Source of the DNA: Clostridiales bacterium
GTDB lineage: Bacteria > Bacillota > Clostridia > Peptostreptococcales > T1SED10-28
Length of the DNA stretch: 40,591 nt
Direction of reading: 5' to 3'
Assembly (NCBI GenBank): GCA_007118655.1
Contig: SKRE01000001.1
Location: forward strand, 1 to 40,591
The translations under genes and the position numbers were made by a program. Of the stretch, positions 11,020-21,399 are shown piece after piece (the stretch's first letter is position 1; each line of letters opens with the position of its first letter). Under the pieces are notes generated by a model that did not search any database, was not told where the DNA came from, and saw only the letters and a program-made list of their open reading frames with translations.

Positions 11020-11058
11020 GAGAAGAAGAGAAGAAAAGAAGAAGAGAAGAGAGAGGAG
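11020..11058 (+). repeat. 39-nt homopurine tract with a 14-nt direct repeat in pnp 5' UTR
   Basis: Only A/G from 11020 to 11058; AGAAGAAGAGAAGA at 11021-11034 and 11037-11050. Confidence 0.9.
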
Positions 11059-11070
11059 CACGATTAACGT

Positions 11071-13182
11071 ATGGAAATTTTTGAAATGGAACTTGGAGGG
11101 AAACCCCTAATTATTGAAACCGGAAGAATTGCCCAGCTAGCCAACGGATCCTGTTTAGTTAAATATGGAGAAACCGCAGTGCTGGTAACGGCAACAGCTT
11201 CAAAAGAGCCCCGGGAGGGAATGGACTTCTTTCCCTTAAGCGTAGACTATGAAGAGCGTATGTATGCCGTAGGAAAAATCCCCGGAGGATTTATTAAAAG
11301 AGAGGGCAGACCTACGGAAAATGCGATTTTAACCTGTCGTTTAATTGACCGTCCGATTCGACCCTTATTCCCTGATGGTTACAGAAACAGTGTGCAAATC
11401 GTGGCAACGGCCATGTCCGTAGATCGGGAATGTTCACCGGAAATCGCAGCGATGATCGGTACATCTGTAGCATTATCAATTTCCGATATTCCTTTTGATG
11501 GTCCCATCGGAGGCGTGAAACTTGGTATGATCGACGGAGAATTTGTGGTAAACCCCAGTGAAATTGAGTTGGAAGACAGCTTAATCGACCTTACAGTGGC
11601 AGGAACAAAAGACGCCGTATTAATGCTGGAAGCGGGAGCCAATGAAGCTACCGAGGATATCATGCTGGATGCCATTTTGTATGCCCACGAAGAGATCAAA
11701 AAAGTCGTAACCTTTATTGAGGGAATCGTTGAAAAGGTCAACAAACCCAAAATGGAAGCGAAAGTTCCCCAAATTGACGAAGAACTTCGTCGTGCTGTGG
11801 AGGACTTCGGCGGAGAAATGATTAAAAGTGCAATCAAAACCTTTGACAAGCAGGAACGAATGGATAAAATCAGTGAAGCGAAGAGTGAAATCATCGCTCA
11901 TTTTGAAGAACAATACCAAGAGGATGAAAACCTCCCTAAGATTAAAAAAGATGTCAGCGGCATCTGCAAGGAAATTGAAAAGCATAACCTGAGACAAATG
12001 ATTGTTCATGAAAATAATCGGCCCGACGACCGAAAGACCGATGAAATTCGACCAATCACTTCCGATGTAGGAGTGCTTCCCAAAACCCACGGTTCCGGAC
12101 TCTTTACCCGGGGTCAAACCCAGGTTCTTACTGTGGCCACCCTTGGTGCCGTAGGAGAAGTACAAATGATCGACGGACTTGGTTTGGAAGAGTCCCGACG
12201 ATATATGCACCATTATAACTTCCCTCCCTACAGTGTGGGAGAAACCGGATTTATGCGAGGACCGGGACGACGGGAAATCGGTCACGGGGCCTTGGCAAGC
12301 AGAGCTCTTGAGCCTATGCTTCCTTCTAAAGAGGAATTCCCCTACACCCTTAGACTGGTATCGGAAGTTGTGGCCTCCAATGGTTCCACTTCACAAGCCA
12401 GTGTTTGCGGAAGCACCCTGTCCTTATTGGACGCCGGTGTACCCTTGAAGAAAATGGTTGCGGGAATCGCCATGGGAGCCATGCGTGAAGACGATAAAAT
12501 CGCCATACTTTCCGACATTCAAGGAATGGAGGATTTCCTTGGAGACATGGACTTTAAAGTTGCAGGAACCGACGACGGTATTACCGCCATGCAAATGGAT
12601 ATGAAAATTGCGGGCATCAGCAAAGAGGTTCTGCAAGAAGCGCTAGAGCAGGCAAGGATCGGCCGACTGCACATCTTAGGTGAAATGCGTAAAGTAATCT
12701 CTGAACCTCGACCGGAATTATCTCCCTATGCTCCGAGAATTCTGCAAATGAAGATCCATCCCGATAAAATCCGAGAGGTCATCGGAGCCGGCGGTAAAGT
12801 CATCAACAAGATCATTGACGATACCGGGGTAAAGATTGACATCGAAGATGACGGAAGCATTTTCATTGCTGCGGAAGACGGAGAATCCGGAAAAGAAGCC
12901 ATGAAGATTATCGAAAACATTGTAAGGGATCCGGAAGTGGGAGAGACCTACATGGCTAAAGTCGTGAAAATCATGAACTTTGGTGCCTTTATGGAAATTC
13001 TGCCCGGTAAGGAAGGACTCCTTCACGTTTCCAATATTGCCCATGAGCGGGTAAACAAAGTGGAAGATGTGTTAAAGGAAGGCCAGGAGATGGAAGTAAA
13101 AGTCATCGAAATTGACAAAGGCGGCAAAGTAAGTTTATCTCGAAAAGCCCTACTGAAAAAAGAAGATAAATTTAACAAATAG
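11071..13182 (+). CDS. pnp: polyribonucleotide nucleotidyltransferase (PNPase)
   Basis: [58 protein letters not shown] and S1 domains. Confidence 0.99.
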   Translation: MEIFEMELGGKPLIIETGRIAQLANGSCLVKYGETAVLVTATASKEPREGMDFFPLSVDYEERMYAVGKIPGGFIKREGRPTENAILTCRLIDRPIRPLFPDGYRNSVQIVATAMSVDRECSPEIAAMIGTSVALSISDIPFDGPIGGVKLGMIDGEFVVNPSEIELEDSLIDLTVAGTKDAVLMLEAGANEATEDIMLDAILYAHEEIKKVVTFIEGIVEKVNKPKMEAKVPQIDEELRRAVEDFGGEMIKSAIKTFDKQERMDKISEAKSEIIAHFEEQYQEDENLPKIKKDVSGICKEIEKHNLRQMIVHENNRPDDRKTDEIRPITSDVGVLPKTHGSGLFTRGQTQVLTVATLGAVGEVQMIDGLGLEESRRYMHHYNFPPYSVGETGFMRGPGRREIGHGALASRALEPMLPSKEEFPYTLRLVSEVVASNGSTSQASVCGSTLSLLDAGVPLKKMVAGIAMGAMREDDKIAILSDIQGMEDFLGDMDFKVAGTDDGITAMQMDMKIAGISKEVLQEALEQARIGRLHILGEMRKVISEPRPELSPYAPRILQMKIHPDKIREVIGAGGKVINKIIDDTGVKIDIEDDGSIFIAAEDGESGKEAMKIIENIVRDPEVGETYMAKVVKIMNFGAFMEILPGKEGLLHVSNIAHERVNKVEDVLKEGQEMEVKVIEIDKGGKVSLSRKALLKKEDKFNK

Positions 13183-13204
13183 TAAAACTAAAGCACACAA
13201 GAAT

Positions 13205-13235
13205 AAAGCATAAACCCTGTGGTTTATGTTTTTTT
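13205..13235 (+). terminator. intrinsic terminator after pnp
   Basis: AAAGCATAAACC-CTGT-GGTTTATGTTT stem-loop plus T run. Confidence 0.85.
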
Positions 13236-13272
13236 CTCGTACATAACTGAAGACGAGGATGAGGTGAAGAAA

Positions 13273-15789
13273 ATGGCGGTCAAAAAGAAAAAGCGGAAAC
13301 GTTCATCAAAAGAGAATAATTATAATGAAATACGGGGCATTGCCTTTATTGCAACGGGACTCCTGCTTCTGGCAGCAATTATGGATCTGGGAGGGGGCGC
13401 CATCGGAGACGGGATTAATTATTTCTTTCGAGGACTCTTAGGGGGGACTGCAAGTATTCTTCCCTTTGTCTTTATTGCCCTGGGTTTTATCTCCATTGGG
13501 AAAGAAGAAGTTTTGAAAGAGCGGCGCAACCTGTGGTTTTTCGGATTGATTGCCGCCGCCCTGCTGATTTTCAGCTCCTTAATGGCCCGAAGCCTCCTAG
13601 TGGATTATCATCTGCTGTATCCGGAACATAGTCTGCTTCAGCGTTTTGGGAATTATTTTGCGCTGGGAGCCGGGGGAGAGGGCAGCGGTTTTCTAGGCAT
13701 GACCATGACCTACTATCTGGTAAGCCTCTTTGGTATTTGGGGCAGTTTTATTATTACCTTAAGCGGGGTACTGATCGGCTTTATTGTCTATACGAGAATT
13801 TCCATTTATCAAAATTTGAAAAAGTGGTTTGAAAAGATGATTGAGTTTTCCAAAGAACGGATGAAGGCCTGGAAGCTTCGATCCAAAAACCGAAAACTTC
13901 TGAAAGAGGAAAAGAAGCAAAAACGGTTGGCGGCAAAGGCTCAGGCTCAAAAAAACACGGGTAAAACCGGGACCGCTGGGAAAGAATCCAATGAGCCCCG
14001 GGAAGGATCCCTAAATCGGGAAGACCGGGGATGGTCTTATGATAAGGAAGAGCCGGTTTTTGACGGAAGCACCGATCAAAACCTTGAAACCGAAGGAAGC
14101 CCGGTGCAAAAAGGCCTGCCTCCCGAAGCCTTCAGCCCCGAGTATTATCAGCCCCACGGCAAGGGCACCGGTCTAAACCATAAAGGGACGGAGCCCCAGG
14201 GGGAAAACAGCCAAGGACCTTTACCGGGACAGCTGTCCATCGATCCTTTAGGTCCCGTCAGTCCCCAGGAAAAAGAAGGGATGGAAGAATTCAAAAACAT
14301 CGCCTTTACCCCGGAGGAAACACCCTATCAATTCCCCAGTACGGATTTACTGGTCCGTCGGGCAAAACCCGAAGGAAATTCCGATCGAAAATATATGCAT
14401 AAAAAAGCCCGGATCCTGGAGGAGACCCTAAAGAACTTCGGGGTCAGCGCCAAGGTGGTCCGCTTTAGCAAAGGACCCTCCATAACCCGGTATGAACTGC
14501 AGCCGGAAACGGGGGTCAAGGTATCAAAAGTCGTGAATTTAAGCGATGACATCGCCCTTAATATGGCGGCCTCCGCCATTCGAATCGAAGCGCCGATCCC
14601 GGGGAAAGCCGCCATCGGTATTGAAATTCCCAATGAGGAAACCTCCATGGTGGACCTTCGGGAACTGTTGGAATCCGATGCTTTTCGAAAGGGAAAGGAG
14701 AAAATTCCCTTTGCCCTGGGTAAAAACGTATCGGGAGAACCGGTAATGGGGGACATCTCTAAAATGCCCCATCTTCTGATTGCGGGAGCCACGGGCTCCG
14801 GGAAAAGTGTTTGTATCAACACGTTGATTTTAAGTATTCTCTACGGGGCAAAGCCCGATGAGGTGAAACTGATCTTAGTGGATCCGAAGGTGGTAGAGCT
14901 GAATCAATACAACGGCATCCCCCATCTGCTGATTCCCGTAGTGACGGATCCGAAAAAGGCCACTACAGCCCTTAGCTGGGCGGTGGATGAAATGACCAAG
15001 CGCTACGAACAGTTTGCAGAAAAAGGGGTTAAGGATATTGCCGGCTACAACGAAAAGTTTTTTGAGGAAAAACTGCCCTACATTGTGATTATCATCGATG
15101 AGTTGGCGGACTTAATGCTGGTAGCCCCGGGTGAGGTGGAGGATAAAATCTGCCGAATCGCCCAAATGGCCAGAGCCGCAGGGATTCACTTAATCATTGC
15201 CACCCAGCGCCCTTCCGTTAATGTCATTACCGGGGTTATTAAAGCCAATATTCCCTCGCGGATCGCGTTTTCCGTAGCCTCCCAGGTGGATTCCAGAACC
15301 ATTATCGACACCGGGGGAGCGGAAAAACTCCTTGGAAAAGGGGATATGCTTTTTCAACCCATCGGGGCCAACAAACCCCAACGGCTGCAGGGGTCCTTTG
15401 TAGAGGAGAATGAAGTGGAAAAGGTGGTCTCCTTTTTAAAGGGAAAAACCGATGAAGAACCGGAGTATCAGCTTTCCCTGCTGGAAGAAATCGAAGTGGA
15501 GGAAAAACCCAAGGAGGAACCGGAAGACGCCATCTATGAAGAGGCCCGGGATTTGGTAATCCAACGGGAGCAGGCATCGGTGTCCATGCTGCAGCGGAAA
15601 TTCAAGATCGGCTATAACCGCGCCGCCCGGTTAATCGATTCCTTGGAAGAAAGCGGCGTCGTCGGCCCTCACGAGGGATCCAAACCTCGGCGGGTGCTGG
15701 TTTCCAAAGAAACGGATCAGATCCAGGAAGCCCCCGGGAGTAATGAGGATAGTAATTTTTCTGAAGGGGATCCAAAGGATCAGGATTAA
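13273..15789 (+). CDS. ftsK: FtsK/SpoIIIE DNA translocase
   Basis: N-terminal TM segments, low-complexity linker, [10 protein letters not shown], Walker [24 protein letters not shown], gamma domain [17 protein letters not shown]; ATG 13273 after GAGGTG. Confidence 0.97.
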   Translation: MAVKKKKRKRSSKENNYNEIRGIAFIATGLLLLAAIMDLGGGAIGDGINYFFRGLLGGTASILPFVFIALGFISIGKEEVLKERRNLWFFGLIAAALLIFSSLMARSLLVDYHLLYPEHSLLQRFGNYFALGAGGEGSGFLGMTMTYYLVSLFGIWGSFIITLSGVLIGFIVYTRISIYQNLKKWFEKMIEFSKERMKAWKLRSKNRKLLKEEKKQKRLAAKAQAQKNTGKTGTAGKESNEPREGSLNREDRGWSYDKEEPVFDGSTDQNLETEGSPVQKGLPPEAFSPEYYQPHGKGTGLNHKGTEPQGENSQGPLPGQLSIDPLGPVSPQEKEGMEEFKNIAFTPEETPYQFPSTDLLVRRAKPEGNSDRKYMHKKARILEETLKNFGVSAKVVRFSKGPSITRYELQPETGVKVSKVVNLSDDIALNMAASAIRIEAPIPGKAAIGIEIPNEETSMVDLRELLESDAFRKGKEKIPFALGKNVSGEPVMGDISKMPHLLIAGATGSGKSVCINTLILSILYGAKPDEVKLILVDPKVVELNQYNGIPHLLIPVVTDPKKATTALSWAVDEMTKRYEQFAEKGVKDIAGYNEKFFEEKLPYIVIIIDELADLMLVAPGEVEDKICRIAQMARAAGIHLIIATQRPSVNVITGVIKANIPSRIAFSVASQVDSRTIIDTGGAEKLLGKGDMLFQPIGANKPQRLQGSFVEENEVEKVVSFLKGKTDEEPEYQLSLLEEIEVEEKPKEEPEDAIYEEARDLVIQREQASVSMLQRKFKIGYNRAARLIDSLEESGVVGPHEGSKPRRVLVSKETDQIQEAPGSNEDSNFSEGDPKDQD

Positions 15790-15822
15790 TTTTATTCTTT
15801 TTATCACAAATGAATTAAAATA

Positions 15823-15831
15823 TGATAAACT
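15823..15831 (+). promoter_or_regulatory. extended -10 promoter upstream of rimO
   Basis: TGaTAAACT in AT-rich intergenic DNA; no convincing -35. Confidence 0.45.
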
Positions 15832-15932
15832 GAAGTCTAGTTATGGATACCAGGGATCATAGGATGGTATATATAGAACTGCAGATTGAATCAACACACC
15901 GGGAAGCAGAAGAAAGAAAGGAAGTAGATGAA

Positions 15933-17276
15933 ATGGCTTTAAAGGTTTATATAGAATCCCTGGGTTGTTCCAAGAACTTAATTGATTCGGAACTGATGCT
16001 GGGAATATTAAAGAAAAACGGGTATGAAATTACAACGGAGCAGACCACTGCCCATGCTATAGTGGTAAACACCTGCGGATTCATTGAAGCCGCTAAGGAA
16101 GAATCCATTAACCAAATCCTGAAGATGGGGGAGCTGAAAAGCAACAACTTAAAAACCCTGATTGTGGCAGGCTGTCTAGGAGAGCGTTACGCCGAGGATT
16201 TGCTGGAGGAACTTCCCGAAGTCAATGCCATCGTGGGAACCGGAGATTATGAAAGCATTGTAAAGGTTATGAACGAAACCTTGGAAGGAAAACGGCTGTT
16301 TTATGTGGGCAACGTGGATAAAACCTTTGATGAAGATCATAAACGGGTATTGACCACTCCCAGTCACAGTGCGTACTTGAAAATTTCCGACGGTTGCGAC
16401 AATCTGTGCACCTACTGCATTATCCCGAAATTACGGGGGAAATACCGCAGCCGTAAAATGGAGAATATTTTGGAAGAAGCCAAGGATTTAGCTAAGCAGG
16501 GCGTAAAAGAAGTGATCCTAATCGCCCAGGACACCACCCGGTACGGCATCGATCTGTACAACGAGTTTCGTCTGCCGGCCCTCCTGGATGAACTTCAAAA
16601 GATTGAAGGGATTCAGTGGATTCGAATGCTTTATTCCTATCCGGAGATGATTACCAAAGAACTGATAAGCAGTATGAAAAACAATTCCAAGGTCTGCAAG
16701 TACTTGGATATACCCATACAGCACGCCAGTGACAAGGTGCTGAAACGGATGAACCGACGGACCGGTAATCAACAGTTAAGGGACCTGATTGAAAACCTGA
16801 GAAAAGAAATTCCGGAAATCGTCCTTCGAACTTCCTTAATTGTGGGCTTCCCCGGGGAAACCGAAGAGGATTTTGAGCTTTTAACGGACTTTGTTAAAAG
16901 TCAGAAATTCGAACGATTAGGGGTATTTACCTACTCCAAGGAAGAGGACACCCCGGCCTTCAACTTACCGGATCAACTTAGGGAAGACCTGAAAATTCAG
17001 CGGCAAAAAAAGATTATGGAGCTGCAGCAGGGCATTTCCCTAGAAAAGAATCAAGAGAAAATCCACAGGGAAATGGAAGTGCTGATTGAAGAGGAATTAG
17101 AACCGGGAGAGTACCTTGGCAGAAGCCGAGGGGATGCACCGGAAATTGACGGCGGGGTATACGTTACGGGCAGCACCCCCCATAAGCCGGGAGACATTGT
17201 AAAGGTACGGATTACCGGAGCAATGGAATATGATTTGATGGGAGAGAGCGTCAATGAAGATGAACTTAGCAAATAA
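15933..17276 (+). CDS. rimO: ribosomal protein S12 methylthiotransferase RimO
   Basis: [23 protein letters not shown], radical-SAM CDNLCTYC, C-terminal TRAM with APEIDG; ATG 15933. Confidence 0.96.
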   Translation: MALKVYIESLGCSKNLIDSELMLGILKKNGYEITTEQTTAHAIVVNTCGFIEAAKEESINQILKMGELKSNNLKTLIVAGCLGERYAEDLLEELPEVNAIVGTGDYESIVKVMNETLEGKRLFYVGNVDKTFDEDHKRVLTTPSHSAYLKISDGCDNLCTYCIIPKLRGKYRSRKMENILEEAKDLAKQGVKEVILIAQDTTRYGIDLYNEFRLPALLDELQKIEGIQWIRMLYSYPEMITKELISSMKNNSKVCKYLDIPIQHASDKVLKRMNRRTGNQQLRDLIENLRKEIPEIVLRTSLIVGFPGETEEDFELLTDFVKSQKFERLGVFTYSKEEDTPAFNLPDQLREDLKIQRQKKIMELQQGISLEKNQEKIHREMEVLIEEELEPGEYLGRSRGDAPEIDGGVYVTGSTPHKPGDIVKVRITGAMEYDLMGESVNEDELSK

Positions 17277-17796
17277 AATTACAATACTTCGAATCTTTAT
17301 GGTGCCGGTTTTTATGGTGTTTTTGCTGCATCAAATCCCTTACGGAGATTATATTGCCGCCTTTGTTTTTATTCTTGCGGCCATTACCGATTCCCTGGAC
17401 GGCTATATTGCCAGAAGCCGTAATCAGATTACCACCTTCGGTAAATTTATGGATCCCTTAGCGGATAAACTGCTGGTTTCCGCGGCGCTGGTCTCCTTGG
17501 CCTCCATGGGAGAGATCTCCGCCTGGTTTGTGGTAATTATTATTGCCCGGGAGTTTACCATCAGTGTGCTTCGAGCCGTAGCCGCGGCGGAGGGTCTGGT
17601 GATTGCCGCCAGTGTCTGGGGAAAACTGAAGACCATTTCTCAGATTGTGGCCATCTCCCTGATTTTGCTGGATAATTTCCCCTTTAGACTGATTAACGTA
17701 CCCATGGACACTATTGTCCTTTGGATTGCGGTGATTTTAACCGTGGTTTCCGGGGTGGATTACATCCGGGTAAATAAAAAAATTCTTGACACATAA
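17254..17796 (+). CDS. pgsA: CDP-diacylglycerol--glycerol-3-phosphate 3-phosphatidyltransferase
   Basis: [34 protein letters not shown]. Confidence 0.97.
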   Translation: MKMNLANKITILRIFMVPVFMVFLLHQIPYGDYIAAFVFILAAITDSLDGYIARSRNQITTFGKFMDPLADKLLVSAALVSLASMGEISAWFVVIIIAREFTISVLRAVAAAEGLVIAASVWGKLKTISQIVAISLILLDNFPFRLINVPMDTIVLWIAVILTVVSGVDYIRVNKKILDT

Positions 17797-17803
17797 AAAA
17801 CCT

Positions 17804-17832
17804 TTGATTTTTCCTTCGGACTGCAGTATAAT
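17804..17832 (+). promoter_or_regulatory. recA promoter
   Basis: TTGATT (17804-17809), 17 nt, TATAAT (17827-17832). Confidence 0.8.
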
Positions 17833-17838
17833 GAAACT

Positions 17839-17852
17839 AGAACATTCGTTCG
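17839..17852. promoter_or_regulatory. LexA (SOS/Cheo) box
   Basis: aGAAC-ATTC-GTTCg fits the Gram-positive GAAC-N4-GTTC consensus, at the predicted recA transcription start. Confidence 0.9.
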
Positions 17853-17893
17853 AGAAAAACAAATGAAAGGGTGTGACCAGTTTAACTGGAATT

Positions 17894-18988
17894 ATGGAAA
17901 AGAAAAAAGCATTAGACATGGCCATTGGTCAAATTGAAAAACAGTTTGGAAAAGGATCCATTATGCAACTGGGCGGTGACGCAATACGGAATATTGATGT
18001 CATTCCCACAGGCTCCATCGGCCTCGATGTTGCCTTAGGAGTAGGGGGCGTTCCAAGAGGAAGAATTATCGAAATCTACGGTCCGGAATCCTCAGGTAAA
18101 ACCACCATATCCCTACATATTATTGCCGAGGCCCAGAAAAAAGGCGGGACCGCTGCATTTATTGATGCGGAACATGCCTTAGATCCTGCCTATGCCCGAA
18201 ATCTCGGAGTAAAAGTAGATGAACTGATTGTATCTCAACCGGATACGGGAGAGCAGGCTTTAGAAATTGCGGAAGCTTTAGTAAGAAGCGGCGCGGTTGA
18301 CGTAATCACCGTGGACTCCGTGGCGGCTTTAGTTCCCAAGGCGGAAATCGAAGGAGAGATGGGAGACTCCCACGTAGGACTTCAGGCAAGACTGATGTCC
18401 CAGGCTCTTCGTAAACTTTCCGGTTCCATCAGCAAGTCCCACACCACCGTGATTTTTATAAATCAGCTTCGTGAAAAAATCGGGGTAATGTTTGGAAACC
18501 CTGAAACCACCTCCGGGGGACGGGCACTGAAGTTTTATGCCTCGGTACGTTTGGATATTCGTAAAATTGATATCATTAAGCAGGGAAACGATATCCTGGG
18601 AAATCGAACCCGGGTCAAGGTTGTGAAAAACAAAGTGGCTCCGCCGTTTAAAAAGGCGGAATTTGATATCATGTACGGAAAAGGAATTTCCGCATCCGGG
18701 GATATTCTGGATCTGGCCAGTGAGCTGGATATTGTGGATAAAGCCGGGGCCTGGTACAGTTATGAAGGCACCCGTCTGGGTCAGGGCCGGGAAAATTCCA
18801 AGACTTACCTGGAAGAAAACACGGATCTGTTAATGGAACTGGAACACAAAATCCGGGTGCATCATAATCTGATCGAAGAAGAAGCGGTTACCGCCGAGGA
18901 GCCGGCAAAAGACCAGGCAGCCCCGGAAGATGCATCAAAAGAGACCAAAGCGGAAAAAGCGGTAAAAAAAGGAAAGAAATCTGAATAA
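17894..18988 (+). CDS. recA: recombinase RecA
   Basis: [49 protein letters not shown]; no intein; start (ATG 17894 vs GTG 17873) uncertain. Confidence 0.99.
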   Translation: MEKKKALDMAIGQIEKQFGKGSIMQLGGDAIRNIDVIPTGSIGLDVALGVGGVPRGRIIEIYGPESSGKTTISLHIIAEAQKKGGTAAFIDAEHALDPAYARNLGVKVDELIVSQPDTGEQALEIAEALVRSGAVDVITVDSVAALVPKAEIEGEMGDSHVGLQARLMSQALRKLSGSISKSHTTVIFINQLREKIGVMFGNPETTSGGRALKFYASVRLDIRKIDIIKQGNDILGNRTRVKVVKNKVAPPFKKAEFDIMYGKGISASGDILDLASELDIVDKAGAWYSYEGTRLGQGRENSKTYLEENTDLLMELEHKIRVHHNLIEEEAVTAEEPAKDQAAPEDASKETKAEKAVKKGKKSE

Positions 18989-19039
18989 AGGGATAAGTTT
19001 TCTCTTTTTGGAGACAATGCAAGTGCTTAAAAAATGAAC

Positions 19040-19071
19040 AAAGCCTCTGGAGCAAACCTCCCGGGGCTTTT
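19040..19071 (+). terminator. probable intrinsic terminator after recA
   Basis: AAAGCCTCTGGAG-CAAAC-CTCCCGGGGCTTTT, 13-bp stem with one mismatch. Confidence 0.7.
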
Positions 19072-19102
19072 CCTGTTCCTTCCAGGGGCAGACAATGATT
19101 CC

Positions 19103-19131
19103 TTGACACTCCCTGGAAAAAAGGATAAAAT
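19103..19131 (+). promoter_or_regulatory. rny promoter
   Basis: TTGACA (19103-19108), 17 nt, TAAAAT (19126-19131). Confidence 0.85.
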
Positions 19132-19216
19132 ATAAAGGTGTAATAGTGTAATAATCCTAATGAAAAAAAATGTGTAATAAGGGATTGGAAAAAACTTAAT
19201 AAAGGAGGTGTCCAAT

Positions 19217-20758
19217 ATCGAAACAACTACTATAATACTAGGGCTAATCGCAGCTGCACTTGTAGGATGCCTTGCTGGATATTTTATTCGCAAAAATATT
19301 GCAGAGGGAAAAATAAATAATGCAGAACAATTAGCTGTGAAAATCGAAAAAGAAGCAATCAAAGATGCGGAAACTGCGAAAAAGGAAATATTGTTGGAAG
19401 CAAAAGAAGAAGTGCATCGCCTCAGAAACGATTTTGAAAAAGAAAGTCGGGACCGAAGAAACGAACAACAAAAGATTGAAAAACGATTACTGCAAAAAGA
19501 AGAAAGCTTGGATCGAAAATCAGAGAGCATAGAAGCCAAAGAGAACAAGTACAACCAGAAACTGAAATCCATTGAGGACAGAGAGGGGAAAATCGAGAGC
19601 TTAATTCAAGAACAAAAGATCAAGCTCGAAGAAGTATCCGGTCTTACTCAAGGGGAAGCAAAACAGATTTTAATGAATGACGTGGAAAAAGAAACAAGAC
19701 ACGAAGCGGCTATGATGGTAAAAGAAATCGAAAGTCAGGCCAAAGAGGACGCGGATAAGAATGCCCGGGAAATCATCGCCTACTCCATTCAAAAGTGCGC
19801 GGCGGACCATGTAGCAGAAACCACGGTAACCGTAGTGGAACTGCCCAATGATGAGATGAAAGGCCGTATTATCGGTCGGGAAGGTCGAAACATTCGAACC
19901 TTGGAAACTTTAACGGGTATTGATCTGATTATTGATGATACTCCTGAAGCCGTAATTTTATCAGGATTTGATCCGATCAGAAGAGAAGTAGCTCGAATCG
20001 CTTTGGAAAAACTGATTGTGGATGGAAGGATTCATCCCGCAAGAATTGAAGAAATGGTTGAAAAAGCCAAAGTGGAAGTGGAAGAGAACATCAAGGAAAC
20101 CGGAGAACAAGCAACCTTCGATACCGGCGTATACGGACTGCATCCTGAACTCATGAGACTGCTGGGACGGCTGAAGTATCGGACAAGTTACGGACAAAAC
20201 GTATTAAAACATGCCATTGAAGTATCCCACTTAGCAGGAATTATGGCCACGGAACTGGGTCAGGATCCGAAAATCGCTAAGAGAGCGGGACTGCTGCACG
20301 ATATCGGAAAAGCTGTGGACCACGAAGTGGAAGGTCCCCATGTGGAAATCGGTATAAACTTACTGAAAAAGTATAAGGAATCCAAAGCCGTCATCCATGC
20401 CATGAGTACCCATCATGGAGACTACGAACCGGAAAGTCTGGAGGCGATTTTAATCACCGCCGCCGATGCGGTATCCGCCGCAAGACCGGGAGCAAGAAGA
20501 GAAACCCTGGAATCTTATATCAAACGGCTGGAAAAACTCGAAGATATCGCCAACAAGTATGAGGGCGTAGAAAAGTCCTTTGCTATCCAGGCAGGACGGG
20601 AAATCCGAATCATTATTAAACCGGAAAATTATAATGATGAGCAGATGGTTATGCTGGCTCGGGATATTTCGAAAAACATTGAATCGGAACTGGAATATCC
20701 GGGACAGATTAAAGTCAATGTGATTCGGGAAACAAGAGCCATTGAATACGCAAAATAA
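19217..20758 (+). CDS. rny: ribonuclease Y; start probably non-canonical ATC 19217 (ORF track uses GTG 19208 inside the SD)
   Basis: N-terminal TM helix, coiled coil, KH ([14 protein letters not shown]), HD domain (GLLHDIGK), SAARPGAR. Confidence 0.98.
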   Translation: METTTIILGLIAAALVGCLAGYFIRKNIAEGKINNAEQLAVKIEKEAIKDAETAKKEILLEAKEEVHRLRNDFEKESRDRRNEQQKIEKRLLQKEESLDRKSESIEAKENKYNQKLKSIEDREGKIESLIQEQKIKLEEVSGLTQGEAKQILMNDVEKETRHEAAMMVKEIESQAKEDADKNAREIIAYSIQKCAADHVAETTVTVVELPNDEMKGRIIGREGRNIRTLETLTGIDLIIDDTPEAVILSGFDPIRREVARIALEKLIVDGRIHPARIEEMVEKAKVEVEENIKETGEQATFDTGVYGLHPELMRLLGRLKYRTSYGQNVLKHAIEVSHLAGIMATELGQDPKIAKRAGLLHDIGKAVDHEVEGPHVEIGINLLKKYKESKAVIHAMSTHHGDYEPESLEAILITAADAVSAARPGARRETLESYIKRLEKLEDIANKYEGVEKSFAIQAGREIRIIIKPENYNDEQMVMLARDISKNIESELEYPGQIKVNVIRETRAIEYAK

Positions 20759-20808
20759 TTGGGTTTAGGAAGATAATTAAAGACTTAAAACCAATAAAGA
20801 AATAACCG

Positions 20809-20836
20809 GGAGGATGTGAAAACATCCTCCTTTTTT
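20809..20836 (+). terminator. intrinsic terminator after rny
   Basis: GGAGGATGT-GAAA-ACATCCTCC perfect stem plus TTTTTT. Confidence 0.92.
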
Positions 20837-20861
20837 AATGTTGACAAAAAGACTCGGGTAT
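20837..20861. promoter_or_regulatory. IscR type-1-like operator overlapping -35
   Basis: AATGTTGACAAAAAGACTCGGGTAT resembles type-1 consensus ATASYYGACTRwwwYAGTCRRSTAT. Confidence 0.7.
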
Positions 20862-20869
20862 ACTATAAT
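20841..20869 (+). promoter_or_regulatory. iscR-iscS-iscU promoter
   Basis: perfect TTGACA (20841-20846), 17 nt, TATAAT (20864-20869). Confidence 0.9.
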
Positions 20870-20879
20870 AAGCTTATTG

Positions 20880-20904
20880 AATTCCAAGTATTTTAGTCGG
20901 AAAT
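20880..20904. promoter_or_regulatory. second IscR type-1-like operator
   Basis: AATTCCAAGTATTTTAGTCGGAAAT, imperfect palindrome with TAGTCGG half-site, just downstream of the transcription start. Confidence 0.6.
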
Positions 20905-20933
20905 ATTCTGACGATTTGATAAGGAGGGTTGAT

Positions 20934-21383
20934 ATGAAGTTTTCAACAAAAGGTCGCTACGGATTAAAAGCCATGTTCGATCTGGCTGTGAATCACGGAG
21001 AGGGACCCATCACCTTGAAAAACATCGCCCATCGACAAGATATCTCGGAGCACTATTTGGAACAGTTAATTGCTACGCTTCGAAGAGCAAAACTGGTGAA
21101 AAGTGTACGAGGCGCCCAAGGCGGATACATGTTAAATCATCCCCCGGAAGAGATTACCGTAGGGGATATTATACGGTCTTTGGAAGGTCCCGTGGGACCG
21201 GCGGATTGTGTAATGGATGCGGATTCAGATGAGTGCAGCAATCAGGAATCCTGTGTTACCCGGCTGGTCTGGGCAAGAATTCAGGAAAGTGTGAACGATG
21301 TCATTGACACAACAACGTTAGCCGATATGCTGGAAGATCAGGAAAAAATGAACAACAAGAAAAATTATATGTTTTATATATAA
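20934..21383 (+). CDS. iscR: Rrf2-family regulator, IscR-like
   Basis: MKFSTKGRYGL, YLEQL, SVRGAQGGY, three Cys (C-x8-C-x5-C); heads iscS-iscU; ATG 20934 after AAGGAGG. Confidence 0.88.
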   Translation: MKFSTKGRYGLKAMFDLAVNHGEGPITLKNIAHRQDISEHYLEQLIATLRRAKLVKSVRGAQGGYMLNHPPEEITVGDIIRSLEGPVGPADCVMDADSDECSNQESCVTRLVWARIQESVNDVIDTTTLADMLEDQEKMNNKKNYMFYI

Positions 21384-21399
21384 GAAAAGGGGTGTAATA

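Noticed and set aside
13236-13272. Sporulation-sigma promoter for ftsK (CATAAC)
   Set aside because: Match too weak and no supporting -35; read-through from pnp is equally plausible
15843-15932. 30-codon in-frame extension of rimO and small ATACCA/TGGTAT hairpin
   Set aside because: No SD for ATG 15843; RimO homology starts at 15933; the hairpin is too short to call an RNA element
1-18988. Possible inteins or introns in polC and recA
   Set aside because: Both read as continuous, normal-length sequences without splicing motifs or endonuclease inserts
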